Source: Callorhinchus milii
Lineage: Eukaryota
Assembly: GCF_018977255.1 (NCBI RefSeq)
Contig: NW_024704743.1
Coordinates: 75,084,001-75,148,000, forward strand
Length of the DNA stretch: 64,000 nt
Direction: 5' to 3'
The translations under genes and the position numbers were made by a program. Shown here in pieces: positions 50,450 to 63,969 of this stretch (within the stretch, counting starts at the first letter, position 1; each line of letters opens with the position of its first letter). The notes below the pieces were generated by a model, which had not been told where the DNA came from, did not search any database, and saw only the letters and a program-made list of their open reading frames with translations.

Positions 50450-50735
50450 AACCAGAAAGCTTGCCAGACAGCGATATCAATGGCAAGCTATGTGATTTTA
50501 GCCCCAGTCGTGCCCTGTCACACACTCTGCGGTTCCCAAGCCTTGGCTCTTACCAATCTGTGAGTAATATTCTCTGGAATTAGGTAAGCAGGATGTGTCC
50601 CACCAGGGAGAGAGTGTCCATTCCATTTCAGATACAGGAATACCATATATGCATGGAACTCTGTTTAGTTTGAATACTCTTAAATATGCTGATGGGTTTC
50701 CGTATGTGTCAGACACCAGTTGACCAAAAATAAAC
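50450..50735 (+). repeat. Unclassified repeat family X, 3' part
   Basis: caatggcaagctatgtg...cccaagccttggctc...aattaggtaagcaggatg...tgtgtcagacacc then A-rich. Confidence 0.8.
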
Positions 50736-52319
50736 TTTATTAGACAATGCTCCGTTGGCTGTAAATACTGGACCTCGGTGTTTCTTTTGATCCCTTATTA
50801 TCACTTGGCATTAACTACAGCACAAACACTCTGAAATCCTAAGACCTCGCACTGGTAACCTCGCCATCTGCTGGAGTATGTGCCCATGTGTACAGAGGGA
50901 ATGTCACTGAAAATAATCGGTTGTTAATTACATAATTTATAAACCATTTAAATTGTTTTCTTTAAATAACGTAACAAGGGACCTTGTAATTGTCTTTGCA
51001 CATGTGTGCTCATATGTGGTGCATAATATAGGTGCGTTTACTCATGGTTTACACATAGCAAATAATAAACCCACTGTATTTGAGTATGGCAAGCCACACA
51101 AAAAGATATTTGCTTCACATTAGGGCCATGATGACATGCTGCACATGTCATGTATCCACTAATCTGGAATTTACCTTATGGTATAAAGTGGCTATGCTGT
51201 ACTTAGGAAAGCAGTACAGTGAATTGAAAATCTCGTGTCCGGCAACAAGTGCCTGAACTCCATAGAGACTAACGTTTACATGATCCAAACTTGCAGGAAT
51301 AGTGCTAAAGTGCATGGTGATTAAAACTCTCCAAAATAGAATAACTGACCATAACTCAAGCGTTTTCAGACCTGAGCGGATGATTTATTGAAGGCTGATG
51401 TTTCACTCCCGCAGCAATGCTCCTGGACGCTATAAATAGCTCTGCACATTTCAGCTAAATATGACTTTTAATTTGTAGTCAAATGATGTTTCAGCCTCAT
51501 GCCCTCTTAATTCCCAATACTCTCAGAGGTGCACCTAACACTGACTGACAGTAACACTTGTTTATGTGTAGTTAAATTATAGCTCCAGATTATAATAAAA
51601 GGCTCAATATAGTTTCCTGTCAAAACTTGATTTAGCAGCCATGGTTTCTAAGATACAGCTGCAGTGCATGGCAAGGGTTTTGTATACAATTGTTGGAATG
51701 ATTTTCTAATACTGAGGAGCTTTGAGGACCCCAGGGAGAAGGGGTGAGCATTGTTTAAATATAGCCTTCAGCTATAAAGAATTTCTCTTAAAACCTAGGT
51801 TAAAATGGTCCTCGACAACCCACGTGGCAATAATTCTTAATTCTTAATACAAACTCCTCAGCATAGTGAATGTATCCGGGCCAATGCATCCGCCAACAAA
51901 TTGTCATTCACCTTTTGGCTGTTTATTGTACATTGTTTACACTTTACAGAATATTCTGTGAAGTGCTTTGAGACATCCTCCCAATATGAAAGGCTTTACA
52001 ACAAAGGTGATTATTATTGTTGTGCGCAAATTGGCCTGCTGTGTTTGCCTACATCTACACAGTCACTTCACTTAACCGTAACTAACTGTGAAGCACTATA
52101 ACAAATGCAAGGATTAGTATTACAGTATTAATTATTATTATTATCATAACCTCCCCAAAGGCATTTAAGTTAATTTGACACAGAATTTATATTCATGGGA
52201 AAGGAGAGGAAAGGTGGCAGTAGCAACCAAGAGGCCATGAATGATTGTGGAGATATTCTGGTCACACACCAGTTACCATTCTCCACATTATAGTAATAAT
52301 AACTAATCTAGTGCCTAAA

Positions 52320-52602
52320 CTGTTGAAATGTTTTAACGCTGTATCAACGTTTTTCTGTAAAGTGCAGTGACTGTGTATTTTGCAGGCGAATGTGACAGCT
52401 AATTTGCATACAGCAATATTCCACAAATAGGACTGGAAAGAATGACAAATTTTATCTGGAGGATTTTGGGCCAGGACACAGGGAAAAACTCCCTTCTGTT
52501 TTCCAATGGTGCTCATGGGATCTTTAATGTCTACCTGAACAGACAGATGGGACCCGAGTTTAACGACACATCTGAAGGACGGTACCTCTGACAAATGCAG
52601 CA
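52320..52602 (-). mobile_element. SINE family B fragment
   Basis: catgggatctttaatgtctacctgaacag (reverse Deu core). Confidence 0.85.
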
Positions 52603-53968
52603 TATGACTATGTGAGACCTGAAACTAGTCCAATAATTATCAACTGAAATTCTACTGCTTCATAACATATTTCATTGCATTACACAACTGAACGTTATGA
52701 AATCTCATAAATGTATCCCTATTCCCTAATGAGATCAATCAGAGTACTTCGGCCTTCACTGTGTTCCTCTCACTGCTCAGTTGGTAAAGTTACCATCTCA
52801 TGTCCAACTGAGTTATATAGAGTATCCCAGGTTCAATCCTAGGTCAGTGCTAAGTTTCCTGGATATTGGCAGTACATCAGTAAGAGTGCTTAAAATAGCT
52901 CCAGTTTCTCTGGGTAGAAACAGAAATTCAGTCAGAATTTCAGCTAGGAATTGAAATCCTGTGTAATGGATCTGATGGGATTCCTGAAACACAGGATTCT
53001 GGATCTGCTGGGAGTCTCTACTTCCTCTTTGTCCAGCACATGTTTTTACATATGCTCTAGCACTGCTTTATCTTTATCATGTTATATATTACCTTATTCA
53101 AATACCTCCTGAGATCCCATTCAATGCCTAATGATAACAGACATTGGATTAAAGAGTTCTGAAACGATTAGGTTTATTTTTATTCCTCGTGGGATACAAT
53201 TGTCTAATCATGATGAATACTCCAGGGTGGTGATTTAATAATAATAATCCTTACATTTGATAAGATAAGATGTCTCAAAGCGCTTCACAAAATATACTGC
53301 AAAATGGATTCACTGTGTATTTTATGGGCGAAACGCGGCAGCCAATTGTGAATAGTAGGATTATTACCCCCAGAAAAGCGATCCGCCAATCAACTAACAA
53401 CTGGGTTCGTTCTTACTGCTAAACAGTAAACAAATTTAAAGAGTAACATGGAGCCCAATAGAACTGAAATACCTTCAGCACACTTTCTCCCCTCCACAGT
53501 TTTAATCACTCTGGCTTGCTGCTGGCTACTCTCATCCTCACTCTTCTCAAGTGAATATTTGGAGAACTAACCCAGATGCCTGCGGAGTTCAGGCCAGCAA
53601 ACACCACTCAGAAGTGTTTGGTTTTATTTCCCTACAAATGACAGACATTCATCACACAAACCTTGCTCACTCAGTCATCCAGGGTCACTACAAACATCCC
53701 AGAGCACTCTGCAATGTGCTGTGTGGGATAATGGAGTGTCTGTCAAAAAAGTGAGAAACTATTTATAGATGCTTGAGTGGTGATGATTCAATAACACACA
53801 AGTGGCTTATTAAGGCCATTGTCTGGTTTTGGAGCAAAAACAATACATTCTGGATCTTGATGAAGTGGCTGTTTATCCCACAGTCTAGTGCTGACTGTCC
53901 CCGTGCTTCAGGTTTGTTTGACGAGTGACCCAGCCGATTCCTCATGAGCAAAATGTAGCAGTTGGTTG

Positions 53969-54840
53969 CAGGGCCCCGATTAACCAACTAAACCACGGTT
54001 TAGGGCCTCGAGATCTGAGGGGCCCAGGATATGGATATAATAATAATAATAATAATCCTTGCATTTGATATAGCGCTTTTCACGTCGGGAGGACGTCCCA
54101 AAGCACTTCACAGAACACACTGTAAAGTGAATTGACTGTATATTTGTGGGCGAACGCGACAGACAATTGCACACAGCAATGTCCCACAAACAGTCGTAGA
54201 TTGAAAATGACCAATTTATTATTGTTTTTTGGGGGGTTTTGGAGGGATTATTATTAGGCGTGTGGAGTAAGGAAACTTGCCCAAGGTTTCGCTCTGCCTG
54301 GAATTGAACTCAGGTCTCTCACTTGCAAAGCGAGTGCTCTAACCACTGAGCTACAGGACTCCACAGGATATCGCCACAGGAAATTTCCGGAGTGCTCCTG
54401 TGAATGGTTTCCAAGCGCCCTTGTGAAAATGGCTCCCGATTTAGTGAAAGCTGCCGTCCGCACCAGCCGCACCATGTCCCCCGGAATCGACTGTGCAGCT
54501 GCACATTAGCCTTATAGGTACTTACACACAAGCTCTTCCGCCCAGCATAGGCGCAGACATTCACTGTGGTCTTGTGCAAGCTACCACGGTGGGAATGCCA
54601 GGAGCCTGGAGCAGAGGAAAGTCACTGCCCCCGCAAAGATGCTAATGGGTACACGAGCCCGGGGGCTGCAGGCGGTGCCAGGGTTCAGATGATACTGATA
54701 CGGGAAGTCGGGGTCGTGCCTTTGTGCATTTTTTTATGCTTTTTGGCATTGATGACCTACACAATCCGGTGCTCCCTTTTCTACGATGAGCCCCCAAATG
54801 TGATTTAGTTTGGAGCCCCAAATCCCTTAATCCAGCCCTG
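53969..54840. mobile_element. Non-autonomous hAT-like element, GC-rich, interrupted by a SINE
   Basis: Imperfect TIRs CAGGGCCCCGATTAA and TTAATCCAGCCCTG; flanks gttggttg / gtcgaatg match at 5 of 8. Confidence 0.65.
54037..54364 (-). mobile_element. Full-length young SINE family A with L2-type tail loop
   Basis: Near-identical to 35917-36243; caggatat on both flanks (54025-32, 54364-71). Confidence 0.93.
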
Positions 54841-54849
54841 GTCGAATGT

Positions 54850-55210
54850 AATAATCCTTGGTTTGATGTAATGCTTTTCACATCAGGCAGACATCTCAAA
54901 GTACTTCACAGGTCCTACTGTGAAGTGTAGTGATTGTCTTTTAGAGACAAATTCAACGCTATTTTTCACACAGCAATGTCCCATAAACAGCCATAAAGCG
55001 AGCAACCAATTCTATTTGGGGATTTCTTGGCTGGAAAACCTGGGACCTTGGTTAATGTCTCATCTGAAGGATGGACGGTACCTCAGACAGTGCAGCACAC
55101 ACCCCAGGATTGCATTGGAAAGACAGCCTAGACTGTGAGCTCAAAGTCCCTCTTTGGGGTTTGAACCCATAATCTCTGATTCATGGATGCTAGTATTACT
55201 GATTGAGTAA
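54850..55210 (-). mobile_element. SINE family B, degenerate
   Basis: Tail, partial Deu core, head ggtttgaaccc. Confidence 0.75.
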
Positions 55211-57274
55211 GGTAGTTTTAAACAGATTTCTTTAGTAAATAATTCCATTTAAATTTCCATTGTCCCATAGTAGCTCCAGTCTTGAAGCAGATCCAATGGG
55301 ATTTGAGTGGCGTTCTCACAGATTGAGGTAACTAACTATAATAATCCTTGCAATTGATATAGCACCTTATCATGCCGTTGAGCCATCTCAAAGCGCTTCA
55401 CAGAATATACTGCAAAGTGTATAATTCAGGGGGAAAACAAGGCAGATTAAGGAATCCTGTTAAGAAATCCTGCAAATTAGTCCCAAATATCCAAGTATTT
55501 CAAGACCCAAATATTCCAGAGCCATCCAGGGCAGACTGAGGATTTTTGGTACAACTTCTCTGGGACTGGGGAAAGCTTTCAACCTCCACCCAGATTAGGC
55601 ATTGCAGTCATTTTAAGTGAAATACCCTGGGAATTCTCAGAAAAGTTCACTAGATCAGCATGGTGTTGCAGCTAACCACAGAGTCGGGTTTCTCCATAAG
55701 GCTGAGCGCTACCTTACTGAGACCCATCCTCAGCTGTTCACTGAAAAGAGCTGAGACCAGCCGAGAACAAGTAAAATCATGCCTTGTGTAACCGCAGACT
55801 GACATAACCTCGGAGCTGGTTGGTGATCAGGTAGCGGCAGTGACAGTAACCCAGTAACACTGTACCTTCACCATGTCACCAATCCAATCTTTAGAAAACT
55901 GATCCCCTGCCCGTTTCATGCTTGCTGCAAAATAATTTGTTTTTCCTCCCACAAAAGGGAAATATACAAAGAAAAATAGCTGTAGCTCTTACTAAGCAGT
56001 TGGCGATAGAGGACCCGTGAGCTTCTCTTCATGGTATCATCTGCTCCAGCATTCCGTTACTTTACTCATGATTCACTCTGAAAACAGAAAGGAAAAGCCA
56101 GTGTTAACATCCACTCAGGTAAAGCCCAAGTTGTACAAAGGTGAGAGGGGCAAAACCCAAGCCAGAAAGATATCTGGACTTTCTCCTCAAAGCCGCAATA
56201 CAGGATCTACAGAACAGCCCAAGCAAAGCAAAATACCAACTAACAACAACAACTTGCATTCTTATAGCACCGTTCATGTAGGGTAGTGTCTTAGAATGCT
56301 TAACAGTGACGGTACCTGATGCCGAGCCGGGAGGAGGGACGAGGTGACCGTAAGCATGGTTGAAGAGGAAGGTTTCAGGTATGATCTGAAAATGGGGAAG
56401 AAGGGGGAGAGGAGTGGGCATTGAGGGATCAAAATGCCAGCCAGCACCTTTATAGAACCTTTCCCGTAGGATAATATCCTGAAGTACTTTCCAGAGACAG
56501 TGCTCCATACCAAACAGGGAGCCCTTATACTTTCCAGGCACCCACAGTGGACTTCGCAGGAGCCAGGATGGTCACTGCGTGCTGCAGCACAAGGAAGAAA
56601 TGTGAAGCTTTATATCACCAGGTTGTCTCTATAGCCAATAATAATGCATGGCTTCTGCCACTGGCTCTCACTGCTGGCTGTTCCAGTTACTGGCTAGTTC
56701 TGCTCCTGTGTGGACTGTTATTTTTAAATCAACATATTTACACAACAATTTGACATTTCTGCTTAGGTTTGCTGCCTCCTGCACTATATATCTTTTGTTT
56801 GATTGACATTTGTAGAATGGCTTTATCTTGTAGAATGACTGTATCTTTATATTAGTATTATCGAAGAACGACAAAGCATAAATTAAATATAGATGATTCT
56901 TCCCTCTCGTGACAGGATCTAACCAAGGGTTCCTAATCATAATGTTACTAAATCAGTTGAAGTGAGATTAAAAATAATCTCTCTCTTTCACTGAACAGAA
57001 CTCTCCTACCACTACCCTCCCTGCCCTCCACCCCTCCTGATCCCGACCCACAGCTCGGGTCTGAAACACTGATTGTCCAGCGCCTTGGGACATCCTCCCA
57101 ACACGAAAGCCGCTATACAAATTATAATTTGTTGTTGTTACGAGAATGTGGAATGGATGTGGAATGAGATTTCAGTTTCCATCTATCATCCTTTCCTAGA
57201 AACTGTTCTCCAAGAAATAAAAGTTTAACCCTGCAGCAGCAGTGGAGTGGGTGAGGAGAGGGGTCCTGCCTCTG

Positions 57275-57585
57275 ATAATAATCCTTGCATTTGATATAGA
57301 GCTTTTCACATCCTCAAGACGTCTCAAAGCGCTTCACAGAATATACTGTAAAATGAATTGTCTGTATATTTTGTGGGTGAAACACGGCAGCCAATTGTGC
57401 ACAGTAGTGTCCCACAAACAGCCGTGGATTGAGTGACCAAATTATTATTTATTTATTTTCTTGAGGGATTATTATCAGGCGTGTGGAGTAAGGAAACTTG
57501 CCCAAGGTTTCATCCTCCCAGGAAACGAATCCAGGCCTCTCGCTTGCGAGGCTAGTGCTCTAACCACTGAGCTTCGGGACTCCAC
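57275..57585 (-). mobile_element. Full-length SINE family A (short form)
   Basis: Head, body and tail match the other copies. Confidence 0.92.
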
Positions 57586-58483
57586 AGTCTAGTCTGTGCA
57601 CCTGAGATCTGTACTGAGGAGTCTAGCTGAGGTCTCTAGCTGAGGTCTCCACTGCAAATGCCACGGGTATTGTCACATGCTCAGTGGCTGCCTACATTGC
57701 TCCATTACATCACTGACATTGGATGTTGCTATGAGAGGATGAGGTGTTCTGCTCTAAGAGATTGCTTGCCCTTTTTGATATTCATGACTAAGGAGTGAGT
57801 CGGATGCATGATTGGGTATTGGCTTTGTGCTGTGTCCTTGATTTAGCACAAATGATGGTTCAATAAGTAATACTTTGTTGTGCCAGCCCCGGTAATGGAT
57901 TGCTTACTCTGTAATGTGACTTCGCTAAGCCTGGAGCCATGGCATGTTGTAATCATCTCAGATATTTATGGACTCTGCTAAATCCTCATCATTTACCACA
58001 GATAACCTTTTAAAGCCCCGTTGCTGACATCGAAAGACATTCATATCGTTTTATGAATGTCATTGTGCACCAGGGTTGTGGCACCTGGAGTTTTTGCCGC
58101 TGGGATCAAACACAGAACAAAATGCCCACAAGGAAATGAAAGCCTTGTTTACACGTGTGCATCATGATTGCATCTCACTCTTGGCATAAATCAATCTGGC
58201 CTCGGCCTTACAGCTCATGATGTCCTTTCCCTGCTGTCCTGTTTAATACTGCTCCCTCATCTAAATTTAATTAAAAAAACAGCTAACAGAAGGAAACTTT
58301 GTTGTAACATGGTTTGGGATGCAAAAAATGGCCGTGTGAGTCCTATCAGGTCGCTGCTGAAATCACTTCCTGCGCACCATGCATTGTGCTATGTGTAGGA
58401 AGGCCTGCTGGTGTCATTTCCTGCGCATCAGGCATCACTAGTGTTCCCTTCTTTTGTAAAGTGCAGTCTGCGCAGGGTGCATG

Positions 58484-58905
58484 TCAGCCTGGCTCAGTTG
58501 GTAGCACTCTCATCTCTGAGTCTAAAGGGTTCAAGCCCCACGTTGGGATTTAAAATCGCATAGTCACACACTCCAATGCAGTGCTGGGGGGTTGTTGCAT
58601 AGTTGGAGATCCCTCAGGTAAGATGTTAAACCGAGGTCTGACTGCCTGTTCAGGTAGACCTTAAAGATCCCATGGCATGACTTGTAAAGAGAAGGGAGTT
58701 TCGCCCGGTGTCCTGGCCAACAATCCCCCAAATAAAATTGGTCACTCAATCCATGGCTGTTTATGGGATACTGCTGTATGCAACTGGCTGCTGCGTTTCA
58801 CCCACAAAATAGACAATCAATCCACTTTACAGTATATCCTGTGAAGCGCTTTGAGATACCTCGATGGTGTGAAAGGCGCTATGTCAAATTGAGGAATATT
58901 ATTAT
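58484..58905 (+). mobile_element. Full-length tRNA-Deu SINE, family B
   Basis: A box TGGCTCAGTTGG, B box GGTTCAAGCC, Deu core ttaaagatcccatggca...cccggtgtcctggccaa, shared 3' half and tail. Confidence 0.92.
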
Positions 58906-61485
58906 GTCTAGGATGTGATCTTGAGTCACAAATCATTTTATGTAACATTCTTGCTGCTCAGCATGTGCATTATAGGGATGAAATTTGTGAGATTTCATGA
59001 TGTGCTTCGGGTGGGAATTATCTTTGTGGACCGCATTATGAAATGCCACAAATCTCACCTCTTCAAGAAATTTCTAAATAATCCCAATATGGAGAGGAAT
59101 GCTTCCGCATCCGACTTAAATAAACCAATGAGATACTTTATGCAACATTTTTTGCTGCCCAACATGTGTTTTACCAATATTTATACGGTATATGATAAAG
59201 TGTGAAATTTGCTTTGTTTCATAAGATTTCAGTAATTATCACAAAGAATACATTATGAAAGCCTGCAAAGTTCACCTTATGAAGCAGATTCTAATGAGGA
59301 CCTAGATTAAGTGTAATATTGTGTACCGCTGGGAGAAAAGTGATGTTACTCCCAACAGGAGAATGAGGAAGCTGGTTCACACCATGGCATTCCATTGAGC
59401 CAATAATAACTAACGCTAAATTTCAGAATTCTGCCTGCATTTCATCATAATAATTTTTTTGTTTTAAATTCTCTTAAAAGAGCCATTTGCATTACCAACT
59501 CTCCAATAATATTATAAAGTCATCCAGGGCCATATGTTGAGAGTTTCGGGGAGGAAGCAGAGATAATATAATAATAATCCTTACATTTGATATAGCACCT
59601 TTCACTTCAGGAGGACGTCTCAAAGCACTTCACAGAATATTTTACTGTAAAGTGGAGTGATTGTAGTTTTGTGGGCTTACGCGGCAGACAATTTGCGCAC
59701 AGCAATGTCCTACAAACAGGCAATGATAACATTGTGTGTAATTAGCTGCTGCATTTTTGCCCTCAAAATATACAGTCAATTCACTTTACAGTATGTTCTG
59801 TGAAGGGTTTTGAGACATCTCGAAGACTTGATGAGGCTCTATATCAAATGCAAGGATTATTATTATTATCATTGACCTACACTTGTCGGGGTAAAAAATA
59901 ACAGGTTTGATGTGATAATCATTAATCTGTAAAAAAAAATCAGGATTTAGGATATTAATCATCAACTGTTTAGGGTGTGAATACTTCCTCCCATATGACT
60001 TTGCTACATTGTTTGGGTGCAATAATTTTGTGTTGTTATTGATCCATCCAACTGTGGAGAGGGGGCACTGTACTGCAGCTCCACTCTAAGTGGTAGTGAA
60101 ACACCATCTCCACGATCAGAAACAATAGGTGATTGCCAGACATTAAGGGGGAATCCAACTGTGTCAAAACGTGGTAGATATCACATTGACTCCATTAGGA
60201 CACAGCGCATTTTTTTTACCTCGCAGCATTGGATATCTCTTGAACTAATACAGACGGTGTGAGGTGGGGGCTTCTGTGCAGGTGGCACGACTCATTCCCC
60301 ATTAGACTGAATAACCAGTGGCAAATTACATGCAACACACACAAGTGACAAATCAGCCTCCAATGTTCCACCACATATGAACCTGCTGTGATGTGTTGCA
60401 CTTATTCATTATCATTAACAACAAAGACGTTTTACAGAGGGGCTTTAGCAGCGTCAGATTGGTATTAATCAGGTACAGTGATGTTTGACTACAATGTGTA
60501 CAAGGAAGGGAGATGGAGGAGGGTGGAAGACTGAGGAGCGGGTTATTTCAATGTAAAGTACTGTACTTCTGTGACTTGTAAATAAAGAGCATTGCATACT
60601 CACCTGATTGGACATATGTTGGTGAAAGTTGTTCATTTCATCTCACTGAAGTCCCGAGACACTCTAATTACATATTTTTCATGGTGGGGGTCTCATATGC
60701 CCTGCAAGCAGTGTTTTTTAGTGGTTTACAATGAACCGGAAGGCAATCCAAAGCCACCTGTGATCTACAGTCAGCTTGACTTGATTGGTAGCACTCTCTC
60801 CTCCAGATCAGTGCTCCGAGACACTGACCACGTGACAGTTCTTCATAAATGCAAGTTGTTGTTGTTATAGGTCATTTCCAGTCCCACATCATGATCTAGG
60901 CCGACATTCCAATACAGTACTAGGGGAGTGATGCATTGTCAGATGAAATGTCCTGTCTGCCTGTTCAGATGGATGTTGAAAATCCATGACAACAACAAAG
61001 TTACATTTGCAAAGCGCCTTTCCCGTCTGGTGGACGTTCTAAGGCATTGGACAGACAGGGTTCCGGACTCGAGCTGGGGGTCGGGGTCGGGGAGGGTGGA
61101 GGGCAGGGGGGAAATTTAAAAAACACTATTTAAAAAAAGGAAAAATGTGTCTCCCAGTCTCCCACCCAACAATGTCCAGATTAACTAGTCATGCATTTCA
61201 TGATAGTTTGTGAGACATCGCTGTGTGTAAATTGCCCACTGTATTTGCCTATAAAATACATTGTCATTAAAGTAGAATTCAGTAATTACTTGTGAAGCAT
61301 TTTGAAATGTTTCTGTGTAACAATAACATAAATTTATATAATGTCTTTCAAACAAAATAAAGATCTCGAAACACTTCACAAAATTTATAAATGGTTACAA
61401 ATGAAGTGCTTGTGAAGTGTACTTAGAAATGAAGGCAAACGCGACAGCTGATCTGAGCCAGAAGTCCCATAAGCAACAATGAGAT

Positions 61486-62695
61486 GTAGTGCAGTTGATG
61501 TAGTTTACATGGACTTTCAAAAGGCATTTGACAAAGTGCCACATGAAAGACTTGTAAGAAAGATAGAAGCCCATGGTATAAAAGGGAGAGTAGCAGCATG
61601 GATCCAGAACTGGCTGGGAGACAGAAAGCAGAGAGTTGTGGTGAACGGCTACCTTTCTGACTGGAGAGAAGCGTACAGTGGCGTCCCCCAGGGATCGGTA
61701 TTAGGACCACTGCTCTTCTTAATATACATAAATGATCTGGACTTGGGTATAGCAAGCACCATTTCCAAGTTAGCGGACGACACAAAGTTAACTAGGGTAG
61801 TAAACAGTGAGGATAGGAGCCAACTGCAGGAAGACAGACAGAATGGTAAAATGGGCAGACACATGGCAGATGAGTTTCAATGTAGAGAAATGCAAGGTAA
61901 TGCGTTTTGGTAGAAAGAATGAGGGGAGGCAATATAGGCTGGTAATACAATCTTAAAGGGGGTAAAAGAACAGAAAGACCTGGGGGTGCAGGTAAATGAA
62001 TCCTTGAAGGTGGCAGGACAGGTAGATAAGGCTGTAAAAAGGGCATATGGGATACTAGGCTTTATAAATAGGGGCATAGAGTACAAGAGTCAGGAGGTTA
62101 TGATTAACCTATATAAAGCACTGGTTAGGCCTCAGTTAGAATACTGCGCCCAGTTCTGGGCACCACACTATAGGAAGGATGTTAAGGCATTGGAAAGGGT
62201 GCAGAGGAGATTTACAAGAATGGTACCAGGAATGAGGGACCTTGATTATGAGGAAAGACTAGAGAGGTTAGGATTATTCTCATTGGAGCAGAGAAGGTTA
62301 TGAGGAGACCTAATAGAGGTCTTCAAAATCATGAGGGGATTTGATAGGTTAGAAAGAGAAAAACTATTTCCACTGGTGGGTGTGTCGGTGACTCGAGGTC
62401 ACAGATTCAAAATAGTCTCTAAAAGAAGCAGAGGGGAGGTGAGAAGAAATTTTTTCACGCAGCGAGTTGTTCGAATCTGGAACGCATTGCCTGAAAGGGT
62501 GGTCGAGGCCGATTCGATAACTACTTTTAAAAATGCGTTGGATGGGTATTTGAGGAGGACGGGTTTGCAGGGTTATGGGGAAAGGGCTGGGGAGTGGGAT
62601 GGACATTAATTGCTCTATTCAAAGAGCCGGCACAAACTCGATGGGCCGAATGGCCTCTTTTTGTGCTGTACGATTCTATGATTCTATGATTCTGT
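61486..62695 (+). mobile_element. CR1 LINE, 5'-truncated, relatively young, with frameshift and stop
   Basis: [66 protein letters not shown]; (ATTCTATG)n tail. Confidence 0.96.
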
Positions 62696-62747
62696 GAGTA
62701 GCTAATTGATTTGAATTTTGGGGTAGATTTGGATTATGTGAGAAATA

Positions 62748-63145
62748 TCATAATCCTTGCATTGATTTGGTCACTTGTCAATTTGCTTGAAGTATCACGA
62801 AGCGCTGTATATTTTGCAGACGAACATTACGGCTAATTTGTGCATAGCATCTTCCAACAAACAGCCACAAAGTGAATAACCAATTTTATTTGGGGGATTA
62901 TTGGCCAGGACATGGGGAGAAACTCTTCTCTTTTCAATAGTACCATGGGATCTGTAATGTCCATCTGAACAAGCAGACTTGACCTCGATTTAATGTCTCA
63001 TCCAAAGGCCGGCATCTCTGACAATGCAGTACACCCCCACCACTGTATTGAAGTGTCAGTTTAGACTATGAGTTCAAAGCCCTGACATGGGGCTTGAACC
63101 CACTACCTTCTGACTCGGAGGAGAGAGTGCCAACAGAACCAGGAA
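62748..63145 (-). mobile_element. Full-length SINE family B
   Basis: Tail, Deu core, head ggcttgaaccc...gagagtgccaac. Confidence 0.88.
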
Positions 63146-63679
63146 GACACAATGATAAACCAGGATAATTAGGAAAATGACTCCATGCATCTTTGAAACA
63201 GAAATGGCAGTGCAGTCCACTTTCATCCACTTTAATGCTACTTACACCCACTTTTTGTCTAAAAAAGAATCATAGTGCCAGTTTCGTGCTGCTGTGTACA
63301 ATGTTTTGGTTCTGTTAATAGCCCAAAATGGCTGTAAACCCCAGTGTGGTAAGTAAAACTCGGATTCCCTCCTGATAAACCTCGAGTTGTCTGCCTGGAG
63401 CACGACATGGAGAGTTAGCATTCCAAAGATTAATGCGACACGCTGCTCAGACCTAGTACTCATTGAGGGATGAGCTATCTAAAGGTACACAATCACATGC
63501 TCTTCTATGAGTGTACAGTATACAGTATCCCGAAGGGGACTCTGTACTTTTAGAGATTGACTGATATGGTACTGACCTGTTTTTGATGGACAAAATTTCT
63601 CGTTGCTGTTATGCATTGCCGAGTTGATAGAGGCACAGGCCAGCTTTTAATGGGATCAGTGGAATTTTTTCACTCATGT

Positions 63680-63969
63680 TTGACAATGGTGAGCCAAGCG
63701 TTTTTAACTGGTTAAACTCCAGCAGTACCCCAACACACACTCTGAAGTCCCCAAGCCTTGGCTCCTGCCAACCTGTGCCCAATAATTTCCCGAATTAGGT
63801 AAGCAGGATGTGTCTCTCCAGGGAGAGAGTGCGCATTCCATTCCAACAATCTATCTCTGGGATTTCCATGTGTGGGTGGGATGCATGGGAATCTCAGCTT
63901 GGTTTGGATACCCTTAAGCATGGTGATGGGTTTCAGCATGTGTCAGACACCCAGCTGACAAAAAAAAAA
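63680..63969 (+). repeat. Unclassified repeat family X, 3' part ending in poly(A)
   Basis: Aligns with 30940-31180 and 50478-50730; ends tgtcagacacccagctgac followed by an A run. Confidence 0.8.

Noticed and set aside
54365..54840. CpG-island promoter
   Set aside because: Better explained as the interior of a TIR-bounded element
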